From positions 15,082-79,081 of the forward strand of contig JAUYCC010000075.1 in assembly GCA_030692365.1 (NCBI GenBank): a stretch of 64,000 nt of DNA, given 5' to 3'. The position numbers and the translations under genes were made by a program. Within the stretch, counting starts at the first letter, position 1, and every line of letters starts with the position of its first letter. The stretch comes from Pelolinea sp. Its GTDB lineage: Bacteria; Chloroflexota; Anaerolineae; Anaerolineales; Anaerolineaceae. Of the stretch, positions 1 to 10,418 are shown piece by piece. The notes under the pieces are model-generated. The model was not told the DNA's origin, made no database searches, and was given only the letters and a program-made list of their open reading frames with translations.

Positions 1-740
1 TAAAGCTGTGCATGCGGGGTCAGCGGCCAACCGCCGGCGACCGCATCTTCCAGCTTGATGTCATGGGTTAGCGATCCAAATGCGACGATCTTTTCGTGGG
101 GTTGTCCCTGGATATCTTCCACTGGTAGAGAAATCATCCTTGAAAAAGCCGGGTTGCAGCGTTCAATTACCTGATTTGGACCGATAATGAGGATACCATC
201 CGCTGCTGAATCCAGCACAGTATCCAGATGTTGTTTATTGGTGGTTACAGTAGTGTAGAGTTGGGCATTCTTGACGGCGATAGCTGCCTGGTTTGCGAAA
301 CTACTCAATACATTGCGGTCGTTAGTTGAGAAAATGCCCGCGTAACTTCTAAAAATGAAAATCACACCCAATACTTGCTGTCGGGTGACCATAGGAAGTC
401 CTACACCGCTCAGTAAACCAAGAGATGCCGCAAAAGTCAATCTGTTAAGAATACGGTTTACTTCCGGGATTTCAAATTCTTCGGGGTTTTCATTGTCGGA
501 AATTTCTTTTAATAAGGGTGTGAGTTCTTTAAGGAATTCCGGAGTGATGCCTTCGGATACTCTAAGCTGCCAACCGCCGGATTCCCCGCGAAGAACAATT
601 AACCCTGCTTGACCGGCAAGCATTTCGATGGAAATTATTAAAATGCGTTCCAGAAGCGTGTCCAGATCCAGTTCCTGGGTTAGCGCCCTTGAAATTTCAA
701 GCAAATAATCTCTTTGTCGTACTCTGATATCAGGAAGCAT
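1..740 (-). CDS. GAF+PAS sensor protein, probably a histidine kinase (N-terminal part; runs off the window edge)
   Basis: Not in the ORF track. Manual translation from ATG at 740: MLPDIRVRQRDYLLEISRALTQELDLDTLLERIL...GVGLPMVTRQQVLGVIFIFRSYAGIFSTNDRNVLSSFANQAAIAVKNAQLY (GAF), then LDTVLDSAADGILIIGPNQVIERCNPAF (PAS). Open to position 1; the kinase domain is not visible in the window. Confidence 0.8.
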   Translation of the reverse strand, partial: MLPDIRVRQRDYLLEISRALTQELDLDTLLERILIISIEMLAGQAGLIVLRGESGGWQLRVSEGITPEFLKELTPLLKEISDNENPEEFEIPEVNRILNRLTFAASLGLLSGVGLPMVTRQQVLGVIFIFRSYAGIFSTNDRNVLSSFANQAAIAVKNAQLYTTVTTNKQHLDTVLDSAADGILIIGPNQVIERCNPAFSRMISLPVEDIQGQPHEKIVAFGSLTHDIKLEDAVAGGWPLTPHAQL

Positions 741-806
741 TCTTTTAACTGTAAATTATTTAAATTTGAATCTGATTAATAAAACCTATAAGAAATCTTA
801 GAAAAA

Positions 807-1742
807 TTATGAAAGTTTGTCCTTCAAATACTCTAATGCGCCTATAAGACCTACATTATCTCCCAGCGAAGCTATCTTTATTTCCAATTGCTTCAAGTAG
901 TTGGAGTTCAAAACATGGGATTCTAAAGACTTGCGAAAAGGAACCATAAGCAAATCACCGCTTTGCGAGACACCTCCGCCAAAAATCACACAGGATGGAT
1001 TAAAAACATGCAAGTAATTGGCTATACCAATCCCCAGGTAATATCCTGCACGTTCAAACGCGGCTATAGCCAATGAGTCACCATTTCTGGCAGCCTCGGC
1101 AATTTGCCGGGCGTTTGGATATGGAGTGGTTGGGAGTTTAGATTTAGCACCTTTTTTCAATTCTTCACGTACAAAATTCTCAATCCCTGTTCCGGAAGAA
1201 TAGGCTTCAAGGTGGCCTTTCTTCCCGCAAGCGCATAAAGGACCCTCATCATCCAGGGTAATATGCCCGGATTCTGTGGCTATCCCTATCGCGCCTTCAA
1301 GAAGCCTGCCTTGAATAATAGTTCCGTTTCCGAGCCCGGTACTGATGGTGAAGTACATCAAATTGTTATGCCCGATACCTGCGCCATGTTTCCATTCGCC
1401 AATGGCTGCCATTCTGGCATCATTATTAACAAAAACTGGAACCTTGAATCTTGCTGATAGTATTTTTCTTAATTCCAGGTTCTTCCAACCGGGGATATTG
1501 GGTGCCAGGATGACAATTCCTTGATTAACATCAATTGACCCTGGAGCAGCAGCACAAATCCCCCTGACAGAATTATCGTCAGGCCAAATATCATCAATTA
1601 CGTTTATAAGACGATCAATTGTCGCCTGTCCCTCATTAGAAGTGTTTATTCTTATCTGGTTTAGTGGTGTAATGCTATTCTCGGAATAAAGAGCGCAACG
1701 GGTATTTGTTCCACCGATATCCAAGGTTATATATGAATGCAT
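807..1742 (-). CDS. ROK family sugar kinase (glucokinase)
   Basis: DIGGT ATP-binding start, NDA motif, ESGH...CACGKKGHLE ROK Zn motif. Confidence 0.9.
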   Translation of the reverse strand: MHSYITLDIGGTNTRCALYSENSITPLNQIRINTSNEGQATIDRLINVIDDIWPDDNSVRGICAAAPGSIDVNQGIVILAPNIPGWKNLELRKILSARFKVPVFVNNDARMAAIGEWKHGAGIGHNNLMYFTISTGLGNGTIIQGRLLEGAIGIATESGHITLDDEGPLCACGKKGHLEAYSSGTGIENFVREELKKGAKSKLPTTPYPNARQIAEAARNGDSLAIAAFERAGYYLGIGIANYLHVFNPSCVIFGGGVSQSGDLLMVPFRKSLESHVLNSNYLKQLEIKIASLGDNVGLIGALEYLKDKLS

Positions 1743-1778
1743 AAAAAGAATTATAACTTTAAAGTCACTGCCAATGCG

Positions 1779-1807
1779 TTGACGAAATAGTTAAAGACTG
1801 CTATTAT
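1779..1807 (+). promoter_or_regulatory. sigma70-type promoter of yvcK
   Basis: TTGACG (1779-1784), 17 nt spacer, TATTAT (1802-1807) with extended -10 TG; ATG only 10 nt downstream. Confidence 0.6.
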
Positions 1808-1817
1808 TTTTGATTGG

Positions 1818-3188
1818 ATGGCAAAATTCATTAAAATAATCCGCGATCGCCTAAAAAAGGTCGCTTCAAGCCTCACCCTTTGGTTAACCCCCGGAATAGG
1901 AATCAAACGCTGGTTGCTCGTGGTTTTGGTTGGCACAACCTTTATCGCACTGGGCTTTGCAGTGTTAATTCTCGACCTTTACCGGGAAACAGAAATTAGC
2001 TGGTTGCGGCTGATCTTTAATTTCATATCTTTATCAATCTTGCCGAGATGGCTTCGCGCTTTGATTTTTGGCGGAGCCGGATTGATTATTTTATCCATAG
2101 GCATATGGGAATTAAACCGCTCCATCCTTAAACCCTTTGTAAAACCTGGCCAGCCTTTCATTGATACATTAACAGACTTTAAGAAACGTTCCCGGGGACC
2201 AAGAATTGTTGCCATCGGCGGAGGCAATGGGCTGGCAAGCTTATTAAGAGGTTTGAAAAAGTACACTCATAACCTGACCGCGATCGTAACGGTGGCTGAT
2301 GATGGTGGTTCGTCGGGCGAATTGCGTAAAAACCTCGGGATCCTACCGCCCGGTGATATTCGCAATTGTCTGACTGCCTTGGCTGATGATGAGGAGATGC
2401 TTTCGCATGTTTTCCGCTATCGATTTGGCGAACGGGCAGGGGTAAATGGCCATTCCCTAGGAAATCTTTTTATCAGCGCCCTAACTGACATAACTGGTAG
2501 TTTCGAAGCCGCGGTGGCAGAATCAGGGCGTGTTCTGGCTATTCACGGTAGGGTCCTGCCATCAACATTGCATGATGTAAAGCTGGTAGCTGAAATAAAA
2601 CTAGCGAACCAGGAAAAACAAATTAAGATTGTGGGTGAGAGTGTCATACCGCAATTGGATGGCACAATCAGCCACCTTTGGCTTGAACCGGATAGCCCTT
2701 TACCATTTCCCCCGGCTGTTCAGGAAATATTAAATGCTGACCTGATCATTATTGGTCCAGGTAGTCTTTATACCAGCGTTTTACCCAACCTGTTGGTACC
2801 TGGGCTTGCCGATGCTATCCGCGCGAGCAAGGCAATAAAATTTTTGATTTGCAATGTGGCTAATCAGCAGGGTGAGACAATGGGATACTCCAGCAGTGAC
2901 CATATTCAAGTCATCGAAAAGCACATCAGTGATATCCATTTTGATATCATCATTTGTAACAATGATCTGACTCATTATGTTTCGGAACAGGCCGAAATGG
3001 TTGTTCCTGATCCTGGACTTGAAGAACAATATTCAATGTATTTTGCACCGCTTGTAGATGGTAATAACCCTTGCCGACATGATTCATCCAAATTAGCCGA
3101 AGTAATAACCGATTTGTATTATGAAAGAACAGGACCTTTAACCGGAGGGAAAACCCCGCCAACAGAAAACGATTTAAAAATGAATTAA
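1818..3188 (+). CDS. yvcK: YvcK/GlmR (CofD-like, UPF0052) gluconeogenesis factor with N-terminal transmembrane extension
   Basis: IGGGNG, VADDGGSSGELR, PPGDIRN, GHSLGNL and GPGSLYTS motifs. Confidence 0.88.
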   Translation: MAKFIKIIRDRLKKVASSLTLWLTPGIGIKRWLLVVLVGTTFIALGFAVLILDLYRETEISWLRLIFNFISLSILPRWLRALIFGGAGLIILSIGIWELNRSILKPFVKPGQPFIDTLTDFKKRSRGPRIVAIGGGNGLASLLRGLKKYTHNLTAIVTVADDGGSSGELRKNLGILPPGDIRNCLTALADDEEMLSHVFRYRFGERAGVNGHSLGNLFISALTDITGSFEAAVAESGRVLAIHGRVLPSTLHDVKLVAEIKLANQEKQIKIVGESVIPQLDGTISHLWLEPDSPLPFPPAVQEILNADLIIIGPGSLYTSVLPNLLVPGLADAIRASKAIKFLICNVANQQGETMGYSSSDHIQVIEKHISDIHFDIIICNNDLTHYVSEQAEMVVPDPGLEEQYSMYFAPLVDGNNPCRHDSSKLAEVITDLYYERTGPLTGGKTPPTENDLKMN

Positions 3189-3230
3189 AATATCGCGTGG
3201 TAAAATTCAAAAAAATCCCGGAGGTAAGCA

Positions 3231-4283
3231 ATGGCAGTGAAAGTAGGAATTAATGGATTTGGCCGAATTGGCCGTCAGGTATTGAAAGCGATAAAAGAAC
3301 TTCATGGCAGTGAGCTTGAAGTAGTTGCTATCAATGACCTGTTTGATGTAAAAACGAACGCGCACCTTTTTAAGTATGATTCCAATTACGGAAAATATCC
3401 TGGGTCGGTGGAAATTGATGGAAACGACCTGGTAGTTGACGGCAAGAAGATTAAAGTCTTTGCCGAAAAAGACCCCGGCAAACTCCCCTGGAAGGACCTT
3501 GGTGTGGATATTGTAGTTGAATCCACCGGCATTTTCACCGACGCGGTTGGTGATCCTGAAAAAGGAAAACCAGGCGCGAATGTGCACATCAAGAGCGGTG
3601 GAGCAAAGAAGGTCATTATTTCCGCTCCCGCAAAGAATGAAGATTTGACTATCGTTTTGGGTGTGAATGAAGACAAATACGACCCCAAGATACACCATGT
3701 ACTCTCCAACGCATCCTGCACTACCAACTGTCTTGCTCCTGCGGCAAAGGTCATTAACGATAAATTCAAAATTCAATACGCAGTGATGACGACCATTCAT
3801 TCTTACACCAACGATCAGGTAATCCTTGATCAGGGTCACAAGAAAGAAATGCGCCGCTCACGCGCTGCCGGTTTGAATATCATCCCGACCACCACAGGCG
3901 CTGCGAAGGCGATTGCCCTGGTTATTCCTGAACTTAAGGGTAAATTCGACGGTTATTCACTCCGTGTTCCCACCCCCACCGTCTCTATCGTTGATTTTGT
4001 CGCCACAGTTGAGAAACCCACCACACTTGATGAAGTCAATTCAGTGTTTATTGAAGCTTCCAAAACCACCCTCAAAGGTATTTTGGGCGTCACCACCGGT
4101 GAATATAACGACCCGCTGGTTTCTTCAGACTTCAAGGGCGATCCCCGCTCCTCCATTGTTGACCTCAAAAACAACATGGTTATGGGCGGTACCTTAGTGA
4201 AGGTAGTAACTTGGTACGACAATGAATGGGGTTACTCCTGCAGAACCGCAGATCTTGCGGCGATGATCGCGAAGAGCCTGTAA
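3231..4283 (+). CDS. gap: glyceraldehyde-3-phosphate dehydrogenase type I
   Basis: [17 protein letters not shown] catalytic Cys, WYDNEWGYS; GGAGG RBS. Confidence 0.98.
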   Translation: MAVKVGINGFGRIGRQVLKAIKELHGSELEVVAINDLFDVKTNAHLFKYDSNYGKYPGSVEIDGNDLVVDGKKIKVFAEKDPGKLPWKDLGVDIVVESTGIFTDAVGDPEKGKPGANVHIKSGGAKKVIISAPAKNEDLTIVLGVNEDKYDPKIHHVLSNASCTTNCLAPAAKVINDKFKIQYAVMTTIHSYTNDQVILDQGHKKEMRRSRAAGLNIIPTTTGAAKAIALVIPELKGKFDGYSLRVPTPTVSIVDFVATVEKPTTLDEVNSVFIEASKTTLKGILGVTTGEYNDPLVSSDFKGDPRSSIVDLKNNMVMGGTLVKVVTWYDNEWGYSCRTADLAAMIAKSL

Positions 4284-4302
4284 ACCAAAAATAGGTATCG
4301 AG

Positions 4303-4343
4303 AAGACGTAATCTGAAACTAACAAACAGATTACGTCTTTTTT
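4303..4343 (+). terminator. intrinsic terminator/attenuator between gap and pgk
   Basis: AAGACGTAATCTG-N11-CAGATTACGTCTT followed by a T-run. Confidence 0.75.
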
Positions 4344-4365
4344 AATAATTTCAAGCAAGGGAAAA

Positions 4366-5541
4366 ATGTTCAACAAAAAGACAATCAAGGATATTGATGT
4401 AAAAGGAAAGAAAGTACTGGTCAGGGTGGATTTCAATGTTCCGCTCAAGGATGGTAAGGTTAGCGATGACACTCGAATCGTAGCCGCGCTGCCGACCATC
4501 AACTACTTGCTTGAGCAAGGTGCTGCGCCTATTTTGTGCTCGCATCTTGGCCGGCCAAAAGGCGATCCGGATCCAGAATACAGCATGAAACCTGTCGCGG
4601 ATTATCTGGGCGGATTAGTGAAAAATAAGGTCATTTTCTCACCCGAATGTGTTGGTCCTGTAGCCGCCAAAGCCGCTGCTGAATTAAAACCGGGCGAAAT
4701 TCTCGTGTTGGAAAACACCCGTTTTTACCAGGGCGAGACCAAGAATGATCCAGAAATGTCAAAGCAGCTTGCGTCACTTGCGGAAGTGTTTGTGGACGAT
4801 GCGTTTGGTTCAGCGCACCGGGCGCATGCTTCCACAGTCGGCGTAACCAATTATCTGCCCTCTGTAGCTGGATTCTTGCTCGAAAGAGAAATCAAATTCC
4901 TGGATCAGGCGATTGAAAATCCTAAACGGCCTTTTGTTGCTATTCTGGGCGGTGCGAAAGTGAGTGACAAGATTGGCGTTATTAAGAATTTACTTGCCAG
5001 GGCAGACACTGTGCTTATAGGCGGTGGTATGGCCAATACTTTCTTCAAAGCCCAGGGTTACCCGATGGGTGATTCGCTGGTGGAAGATGAAGTTTTGGAT
5101 GTGGCACGTGACTTGGTTAAACAAGGTAGTACGAAATTACGTATGCCGGTAGACGTGGTGATCGCAGATAAATTTGATAATGCCGCTCAGACAAAAGTGA
5201 TCAATGCCGGCCCTGTTCCGGAGGGATGGCGTATCCTGGATATTGGACCTGAAACGGTTAAGAATTTTTCCAAGGTTGTCAGCACTGCGGGAACGGTTGT
5301 CTGGAATGGACCCATGGGCGTTTTTGAAATGGAAACCTTTGCCAAAGGTACCTTTGAAGTAGCTAAAGCTATCGCTGACAGCAAAGCAGTCAGCATCATC
5401 GGCGGTGGTGATTCAGCGGCTGCGATTCAGCAGTCTGGTCTGGCTGACAAGATTACCCACATCAGCACCGGCGGCGGCGCGTCGCTTGAAATGCTTGAAG
5501 GGATTCAATTGCCCGGCTTGACAGCTTTGCTCGATAAATAA
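4366..5541 (+). CDS. pgk: phosphoglycerate kinase
   Basis: [30 protein letters not shown]. Confidence 0.98.
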   Translation: MFNKKTIKDIDVKGKKVLVRVDFNVPLKDGKVSDDTRIVAALPTINYLLEQGAAPILCSHLGRPKGDPDPEYSMKPVADYLGGLVKNKVIFSPECVGPVAAKAAAELKPGEILVLENTRFYQGETKNDPEMSKQLASLAEVFVDDAFGSAHRAHASTVGVTNYLPSVAGFLLEREIKFLDQAIENPKRPFVAILGGAKVSDKIGVIKNLLARADTVLIGGGMANTFFKAQGYPMGDSLVEDEVLDVARDLVKQGSTKLRMPVDVVIADKFDNAAQTKVINAGPVPEGWRILDIGPETVKNFSKVVSTAGTVVWNGPMGVFEMETFAKGTFEVAKAIADSKAVSIIGGGDSAAAIQQSGLADKITHISTGGGASLEMLEGIQLPGLTALLDK

Positions 5542-5613
5542 ATGAAGAACTGGACATATTAAGAAGTGTCTAGTAAAATTGTCTGTCTTTATTTATCTTG
5601 ATCGGAGGAAGTC

Positions 5614-5880
5614 TTGGCAAATATTAAATCAGCAATCAAAAGAAATCGGCAGAATGAGAAACGCCGTCAGCTTAATCGCATTTTCCGCGGGAGCACTCGC
5701 ACCCAGGTGAAGGATGCGAAAGAAGCGATTGTCAGTGGAGATAAAGAGAAAGCCACTGCAGAGGTTAAAGAAGCGATCCAGAAACTGGACCACGCTGCGG
5801 CAAAAGGTGTTATTCATAAGAATAATGCTGCCCGGCGAAAAAGCCGATTAATGAAACACCTGGCTTCGATGGAAAAATAA
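5614..5880 (+). CDS. rpsT: 30S ribosomal protein S20 (TTG start)
   Basis: MANIKSAIKR...KGVIHKNNAARRKSRL; GGAGG RBS. Confidence 0.97.
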   Translation: MANIKSAIKRNRQNEKRRQLNRIFRGSTRTQVKDAKEAIVSGDKEKATAEVKEAIQKLDHAAAKGVIHKNNAARRKSRLMKHLASMEK

Positions 5881-5907
5881 ACCAGCGGAGAATTGAATAA
5901 CTATAAT

Positions 5908-5940
5908 AGCGGGAGATCATGTATCTACCCGCTTTTATTT
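5908..5940 (+). terminator. intrinsic terminator after rpsT
   Basis: AGCGGGAGAT-catgt-ATCTaCCCGCT then TTTATTT. Confidence 0.65.
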
Positions 5941-5955
5941 TAAGCGTATTAGAAT

Positions 5956-7719
5956 ATGGCCATGTTTAATAAAGAAAAAACGATCATTGAAAAGAAAGTA
6001 ATTGAAATTCTGACCAGAAATGGGGTTACTTCATCACCATTAATCTGGTCCTGGATTCCGTTCAGCGGTCATTGGGGATTAGCAACATCTTTTTTTAAGA
6101 CAGCTTCCGAAAACTCTCAGTTTAAAACAGATATACCAGTTCCAAAGCGCGCAGAAGAAATAGCGAATTTGATTCTTAAAGAATTGAAACTTCCCAAAGA
6201 ATTTGAAAAAGCTGAAGCCGTTAAGGGTTATTTAAACCTTTATTTTGATTCGGGGCTTTATGCCAGGAACATCATTCAGATGATCTTTGATGGTGCGGAT
6301 CACTATGGGATGGGTTCCTCAGGCAAAACCATTATGGTTGAATATTCACAACCCAACACTCACAAAGCTTTTCATGTGGGTCACTTAAGGAATATGGTAC
6401 TGGGGACATCGGTATGCAAAATCCTTGAGCATGCGGGGAACAAAGTTATCCGGACGAACTACATCGGCGATATTGGACTGCATGTAATCAAGTGGTTGTG
6501 GAATTACATGAATTATCACCAGGGTCAAGTTCCTCCGGTGGATGGGAAAACCCGTTGGATGGGAGATATTTACGCCGAAGCTATTAGACGCCTGGAAGAA
6601 AACCCGGATCTGGAAATTCAGGTGAGAGAACTTTTCAAGCGCTGGGATAACCGCGATCCGGAAGTTACTTCCTTGTGGCAAGAAACCCGCGAATGGTCAT
6701 TGGGAGCATTTGCGGAAGTTTATAAAATGCTGGGCATTCACTTCGACAAGATCTATTTTGAGAGCGAGGTTGAGGACTCTGGCAAGGAAATTGTCAAGCA
6801 ATTAATTGACAAGGGTATTGCAAAGGATGAACGCCCTGAAGGAGCTGTGGTTATTGACCTTGACGCGGTCCTCGGTACCGAGAACCAGTATAGGGTAGCA
6901 GTGATACTCAGGTCTGATGGAACATCTTTGTACTCAACCAAAGATCTGTCCCTCGCAATTAATAAATTTGAAGAATTCAACCCTGACCAATCTGTTTATG
7001 TTATCGATGTGCGCCAATCTTTATATATGAAGCAAATCTTTAAAATCCTTGAGTTGCTTGGATATCAATGGGCGACAAAATGCTTCCATCTGGCGTATGA
7101 GATTGTCAATCTCCCAGGAAACGTGACAATCGCATCGCGAGAAGGGACAGTAGTTTTGCTTGAAGACCTGATTGCTGAGGCCGAAGAGCGCGCTATGGCA
7201 GTGGTGGAAATTAAGAATCCTGAATTGGGTTCTGATGTAAAGAAAGAGGTCGCGCAAAAGATTGCTCTGGGAGCATTAAAATTCTCTTTATTATCCCGTG
7301 ATAATACCAAGGTGATTACCTTTGATTGGAATACGGCCATGGATGTCAACGGGCAAGCGGCTCCCTACATCCAATACGCCTATGTCAGAGCAAACAGCAT
7401 ATTAAAAAAAGTACATTTTTCAATACCCCCAGAAGAAGAACTGGGTTATACATTATCCGAGGCGGAAATTGAACTAATTAATATGTTTTCTAAATTTCCG
7501 CAGGAAGTGGAACGGGCAGCCAAAGATATGCGCCCTCTGCTGATAGCAAACTATGCCTACGATTTAGCTAAGGTCTTTAGCAATTTTTATAACACTTGCC
7601 CTGTTCTTAATGCCGAAGCGAGAGTCCGGAATTTCCGGTTGCGTCTTGTTGCGGCCGCCAGACAGGTGATTGCCAATAGTCTGGGATTATTAGGGATTGA
7701 TGTCCCTGATGTCATGTAA
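5956..7719 (+). CDS. argS: arginine--tRNA ligase (start may be ATG 5962)
   Basis: VEYSQPNTHKAFHVGHLRN (HIGH-type), RSDGTSLYSTKDL, YIQYAYVRA, C-terminal anticodon domain ending LGLLGIDVPDVM. Confidence 0.96.
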   Translation: MAMFNKEKTIIEKKVIEILTRNGVTSSPLIWSWIPFSGHWGLATSFFKTASENSQFKTDIPVPKRAEEIANLILKELKLPKEFEKAEAVKGYLNLYFDSGLYARNIIQMIFDGADHYGMGSSGKTIMVEYSQPNTHKAFHVGHLRNMVLGTSVCKILEHAGNKVIRTNYIGDIGLHVIKWLWNYMNYHQGQVPPVDGKTRWMGDIYAEAIRRLEENPDLEIQVRELFKRWDNRDPEVTSLWQETREWSLGAFAEVYKMLGIHFDKIYFESEVEDSGKEIVKQLIDKGIAKDERPEGAVVIDLDAVLGTENQYRVAVILRSDGTSLYSTKDLSLAINKFEEFNPDQSVYVIDVRQSLYMKQIFKILELLGYQWATKCFHLAYEIVNLPGNVTIASREGTVVLLEDLIAEAEERAMAVVEIKNPELGSDVKKEVAQKIALGALKFSLLSRDNTKVITFDWNTAMDVNGQAAPYIQYAYVRANSILKKVHFSIPPEEELGYTLSEAEIELINMFSKFPQEVERAAKDMRPLLIANYAYDLAKVFSNFYNTCPVLNAEARVRNFRLRLVAAARQVIANSLGLLGIDVPDVM

Positions 7720-7740
7720 ATAAAAATAAAGGAGATATAA

Positions 7741-9060
7741 ATGCAACGGATAAAAACAATCATCATGGGTGCGGCAGGAAGAGACTTTCATAATTTCAAT
7801 GTCTTTTTCAGAGACAATGAGGCTTATGATGTTGTAGCTTTTACTGCTACTCAAATCCCGAATATTGAAGGGCGAAAATATCCCAAAGAATTATGCGGAA
7901 ACTTGTACCCAAACGGTATTGATATTTATCCTGAAAACGAACTTGAAAATTTGATTAAGAAGTTCAATGTGGATCAGGTAGTATTTGCATACAGTGATGT
8001 CCCGCATGAATATGTGATGCACAAGGCTTCCCTGGTTTTGGCGGCCGGTGCGGATTTCAGGCTAATGGGTACACACTCCACCCAGATCAAGTCAAATAAA
8101 CCGGTTGTGGCAGTTTGCGCCGTTAGAACTGGTTCCGGAAAAAGCCAGACGACCCGCATGGTTTCCAAGATCATGATTGAGATGGGTTATAAAGTGGCAG
8201 CGATCCGACACCCCATGCCTTATGGTGACCTGGTCAAGCAACGTGTTCAACGCTACGCTTCGTACGCCGATCTTGATAAGAACGAATGCACGATCGAAGA
8301 GCGCGAAGAATATGAACCGCACCTGGATAATGGTGTGATCGTTTTTGCCGGCGTGGATTATGCCGATATTCTTGCGCAAGCTGAAAAAGAAGTTGATATC
8401 ATCCTTTGGGATGGTGGGAACAATGATTTTTCGTTTTACGTTCCTGACCTGCTCATTGTTGTTGCAGATCCGCATAGACCTGGTCATGAGACCAGATACC
8501 ATCCCGGTGAAACAAATGTCAACATGGCAGATGTGTTTGTGATCAATAAAGTGGATACTGCCAACTCTGAAAATGTGATCCGCGTGCGCGAAACCATTTC
8601 CAGCCTGAATCCTGAAGCGGTTATTATCGAAGCGGCTTCACCATTATTTGTGGATGATCCTGACATGATCAAAGGAAAACGGGTATTGGTAGTGGAAGAT
8701 GGCCCAACCCTTACACATGGCGAAATGGCCTATGGCGCGGGGTGGGTGGCTGCAAGGCGCTTCGGCGCAGCCGAAATTGTTGACCCCCGCCCGTTCGCGG
8801 TTGGGTCAATCGCCCGCACCTACGAAAAGTATCCAGGAACCGGCCCAATTCTCCCGGCGATGGGTTATGGTGATGCTATGATTGCTGACCTGGAAAAAAC
8901 GATCAACCAGGCGGATGTGGATATGGTAATTTCAGCTACACCCATCGACCTGACGCGCATCATTAAAGTAAATAAACCGATGCAACGCGTACGATATGAA
9001 CTTCAGGAGATTGGCCAGCCAACCTTGCGGGATATTCTTAAGAAAAAGTTCGATAAATAA
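7741..9060 (+). CDS. P-loop NTPase of the cyclic 2,3-diphosphoglycerate synthetase-like (COG2403) family; probable arginine synthetase ArcE
   Basis: MGAAGRDFHNFN, AVRTGSGKSQT P-loop, RHPMPYG, TIEEREEYEPH, WDGGNND, EDGPTLTHG; 21 nt downstream of argS with AAGGAG RBS. Confidence 0.75.
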   Translation: MQRIKTIIMGAAGRDFHNFNVFFRDNEAYDVVAFTATQIPNIEGRKYPKELCGNLYPNGIDIYPENELENLIKKFNVDQVVFAYSDVPHEYVMHKASLVLAAGADFRLMGTHSTQIKSNKPVVAVCAVRTGSGKSQTTRMVSKIMIEMGYKVAAIRHPMPYGDLVKQRVQRYASYADLDKNECTIEEREEYEPHLDNGVIVFAGVDYADILAQAEKEVDIILWDGGNNDFSFYVPDLLIVVADPHRPGHETRYHPGETNVNMADVFVINKVDTANSENVIRVRETISSLNPEAVIIEAASPLFVDDPDMIKGKRVLVVEDGPTLTHGEMAYGAGWVAARRFGAAEIVDPRPFAVGSIARTYEKYPGTGPILPAMGYGDAMIADLEKTINQADVDMVISATPIDLTRIIKVNKPMQRVRYELQEIGQPTLRDILKKKFDK

Positions 9061-9069
9061 TTAAAATTT

Positions 9070-9101
9070 GAGGCCAATGAAATAATCAATGGCCTCTTTT
9101 T
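9070..9101 (+). terminator. intrinsic terminator after the argS-COG2403 unit
   Basis: GAGGCCA...TGGCCTC followed by TTTTT. Confidence 0.65.
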
Positions 9102-9137
9102 ATTTAAGAGTAATTATGTCTGCTTTATAATAACTCT

Positions 9138-10418
9138 ATGTTTATAGACGAAGCAGAAATCATAGTGAGGTCAGGCAAGGGCGGCGACGGCATGGTCCAT
9201 TTCCGCCGGGAAAAGTATATTAATCGCGGTGGTCCTGATGGAGGTGATGGTGGAAGGGGAGGGAGTATTATCCTAAAGACTACCCACCACTTGAATACAC
9301 TTGAAAAATTCCGCCATCAAACGCGTTTTATTGCCGAGGATGGAAAACGTGGCGGCCCAAAAGACCAGACAGGTAAATCAGCTGAGAATTTGGTGATTGA
9401 CCTGCCCCCAGGAACGCTTGTCTACGATGCAGCTAATGGCGAATTAATTGCCGATCTTGTCAAAGATGATCAAAAAATTGTCATTTGCCCTGCCGGGCGT
9501 GGCGGATTGGGGAACACCAAATTCGCTAATTCTCGCATTCAGGCACCCAAGATCGCTGAGAGAGGTGAGCCGGGAAAAGAAAAAAACCTGAGATTTGAAC
9601 TTAAGTTAATTGCGGATATCGGAATTATTGGTATGCCAAACTCGGGAAAATCCAGCTTGTTGGCAGCAGTAACAAACGCGAAACCGAAAATCGCGGATTA
9701 TCCCTTTACCACTCTGGTACCAAATCTGGGTGTAACGGTATTAGATGAAAATACAACCCTTGTTTTAGCTGATATCCCGGGTTTAATTGAAGGCGCGCAT
9801 ACCGGCCTTGGATTGGGCGATACATTTCTCAGGCATATCCAAAGGACACGGGTTCTTATCCATCTCGTAGACGGCCTTTCAAAAGACCCTTTGGCTGATT
9901 ATTCTCAAATTAATTCCGAATTATCGCTGTTTGACTCGGAGCTGGGAAAAAAACCTCAAGTTGTTGTTATAAACAAAATTGATTTGCCAGAAGTATCAGA
10001 GAGAATTGACGAAATTCGTGAGTTGTTTAAGAAAAAAGGCATTTTTCTTTTCTTTATTTCTGCGTTAACCCGAAAAGACCTTGAACCTATCCTTTGGAAA
10101 GCAAAGCAAAACCTGGATCAAGCTGAAATAACCGAAACTGTTCAGGAAATGCCCATTTATCATCCCAAGTCTAAAGATAAACCTTACTCAATTAAAAGAG
10201 AGAATGAAGGATGGAGAATTGAAGGCGTGGCAATAGAGCGGGCGGCAGCAATGACCTATTGGGAATATTTTGCTTCAGTTCGGCGATTTCACCGCATTCT
10301 AGTAGCGATGGGAATTGAAAATGCGCTTCGTGAAAAAGGTGTGGTTGACGGGGATACAGTCTTCATTGGAGACCACGAATTAGTCTGGTCCCAGGAATGG
10401 GAAGACGATGAGGAATAG
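9138..10418 (+). CDS. obgE: GTPase ObgE/CgtA
   Basis: Gly-rich N-terminus GPDGGDGGRGG, GMPNSGKS, YPFTT, DIPG, NKID; C-terminal DUF1967-like tail. Confidence 0.96.
   Translation: MFIDEAEIIVRSGKGGDGMVHFRREKYINRGGPDGGDGGRGGSIILKTTHHLNTLEKFRHQTRFIAEDGKRGGPKDQTGKSAENLVIDLPPGTLVYDAANGELIADLVKDDQKIVICPAGRGGLGNTKFANSRIQAPKIAERGEPGKEKNLRFELKLIADIGIIGMPNSGKSSLLAAVTNAKPKIADYPFTTLVPNLGVTVLDENTTLVLADIPGLIEGAHTGLGLGDTFLRHIQRTRVLIHLVDGLSKDPLADYSQINSELSLFDSELGKKPQVVVINKIDLPEVSERIDEIRELFKKKGIFLFFISALTRKDLEPILWKAKQNLDQAEITETVQEMPIYHPKSKDKPYSIKRENEGWRIEGVAIERAAAMTYWEYFASVRRFHRILVAMGIENALREKGVVDGDTVFIGDHELVWSQEWEDDEE

Noticed and set aside
7741-9060. Call as cyclic 2,3-diphosphoglycerate synthetase because gap/pgk are nearby
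   Set aside because: The nearby pgk is ordinary 3-phosphoglycerate kinase, no 2-phosphoglycerate kinase is in the window, and the gene is linked to argS
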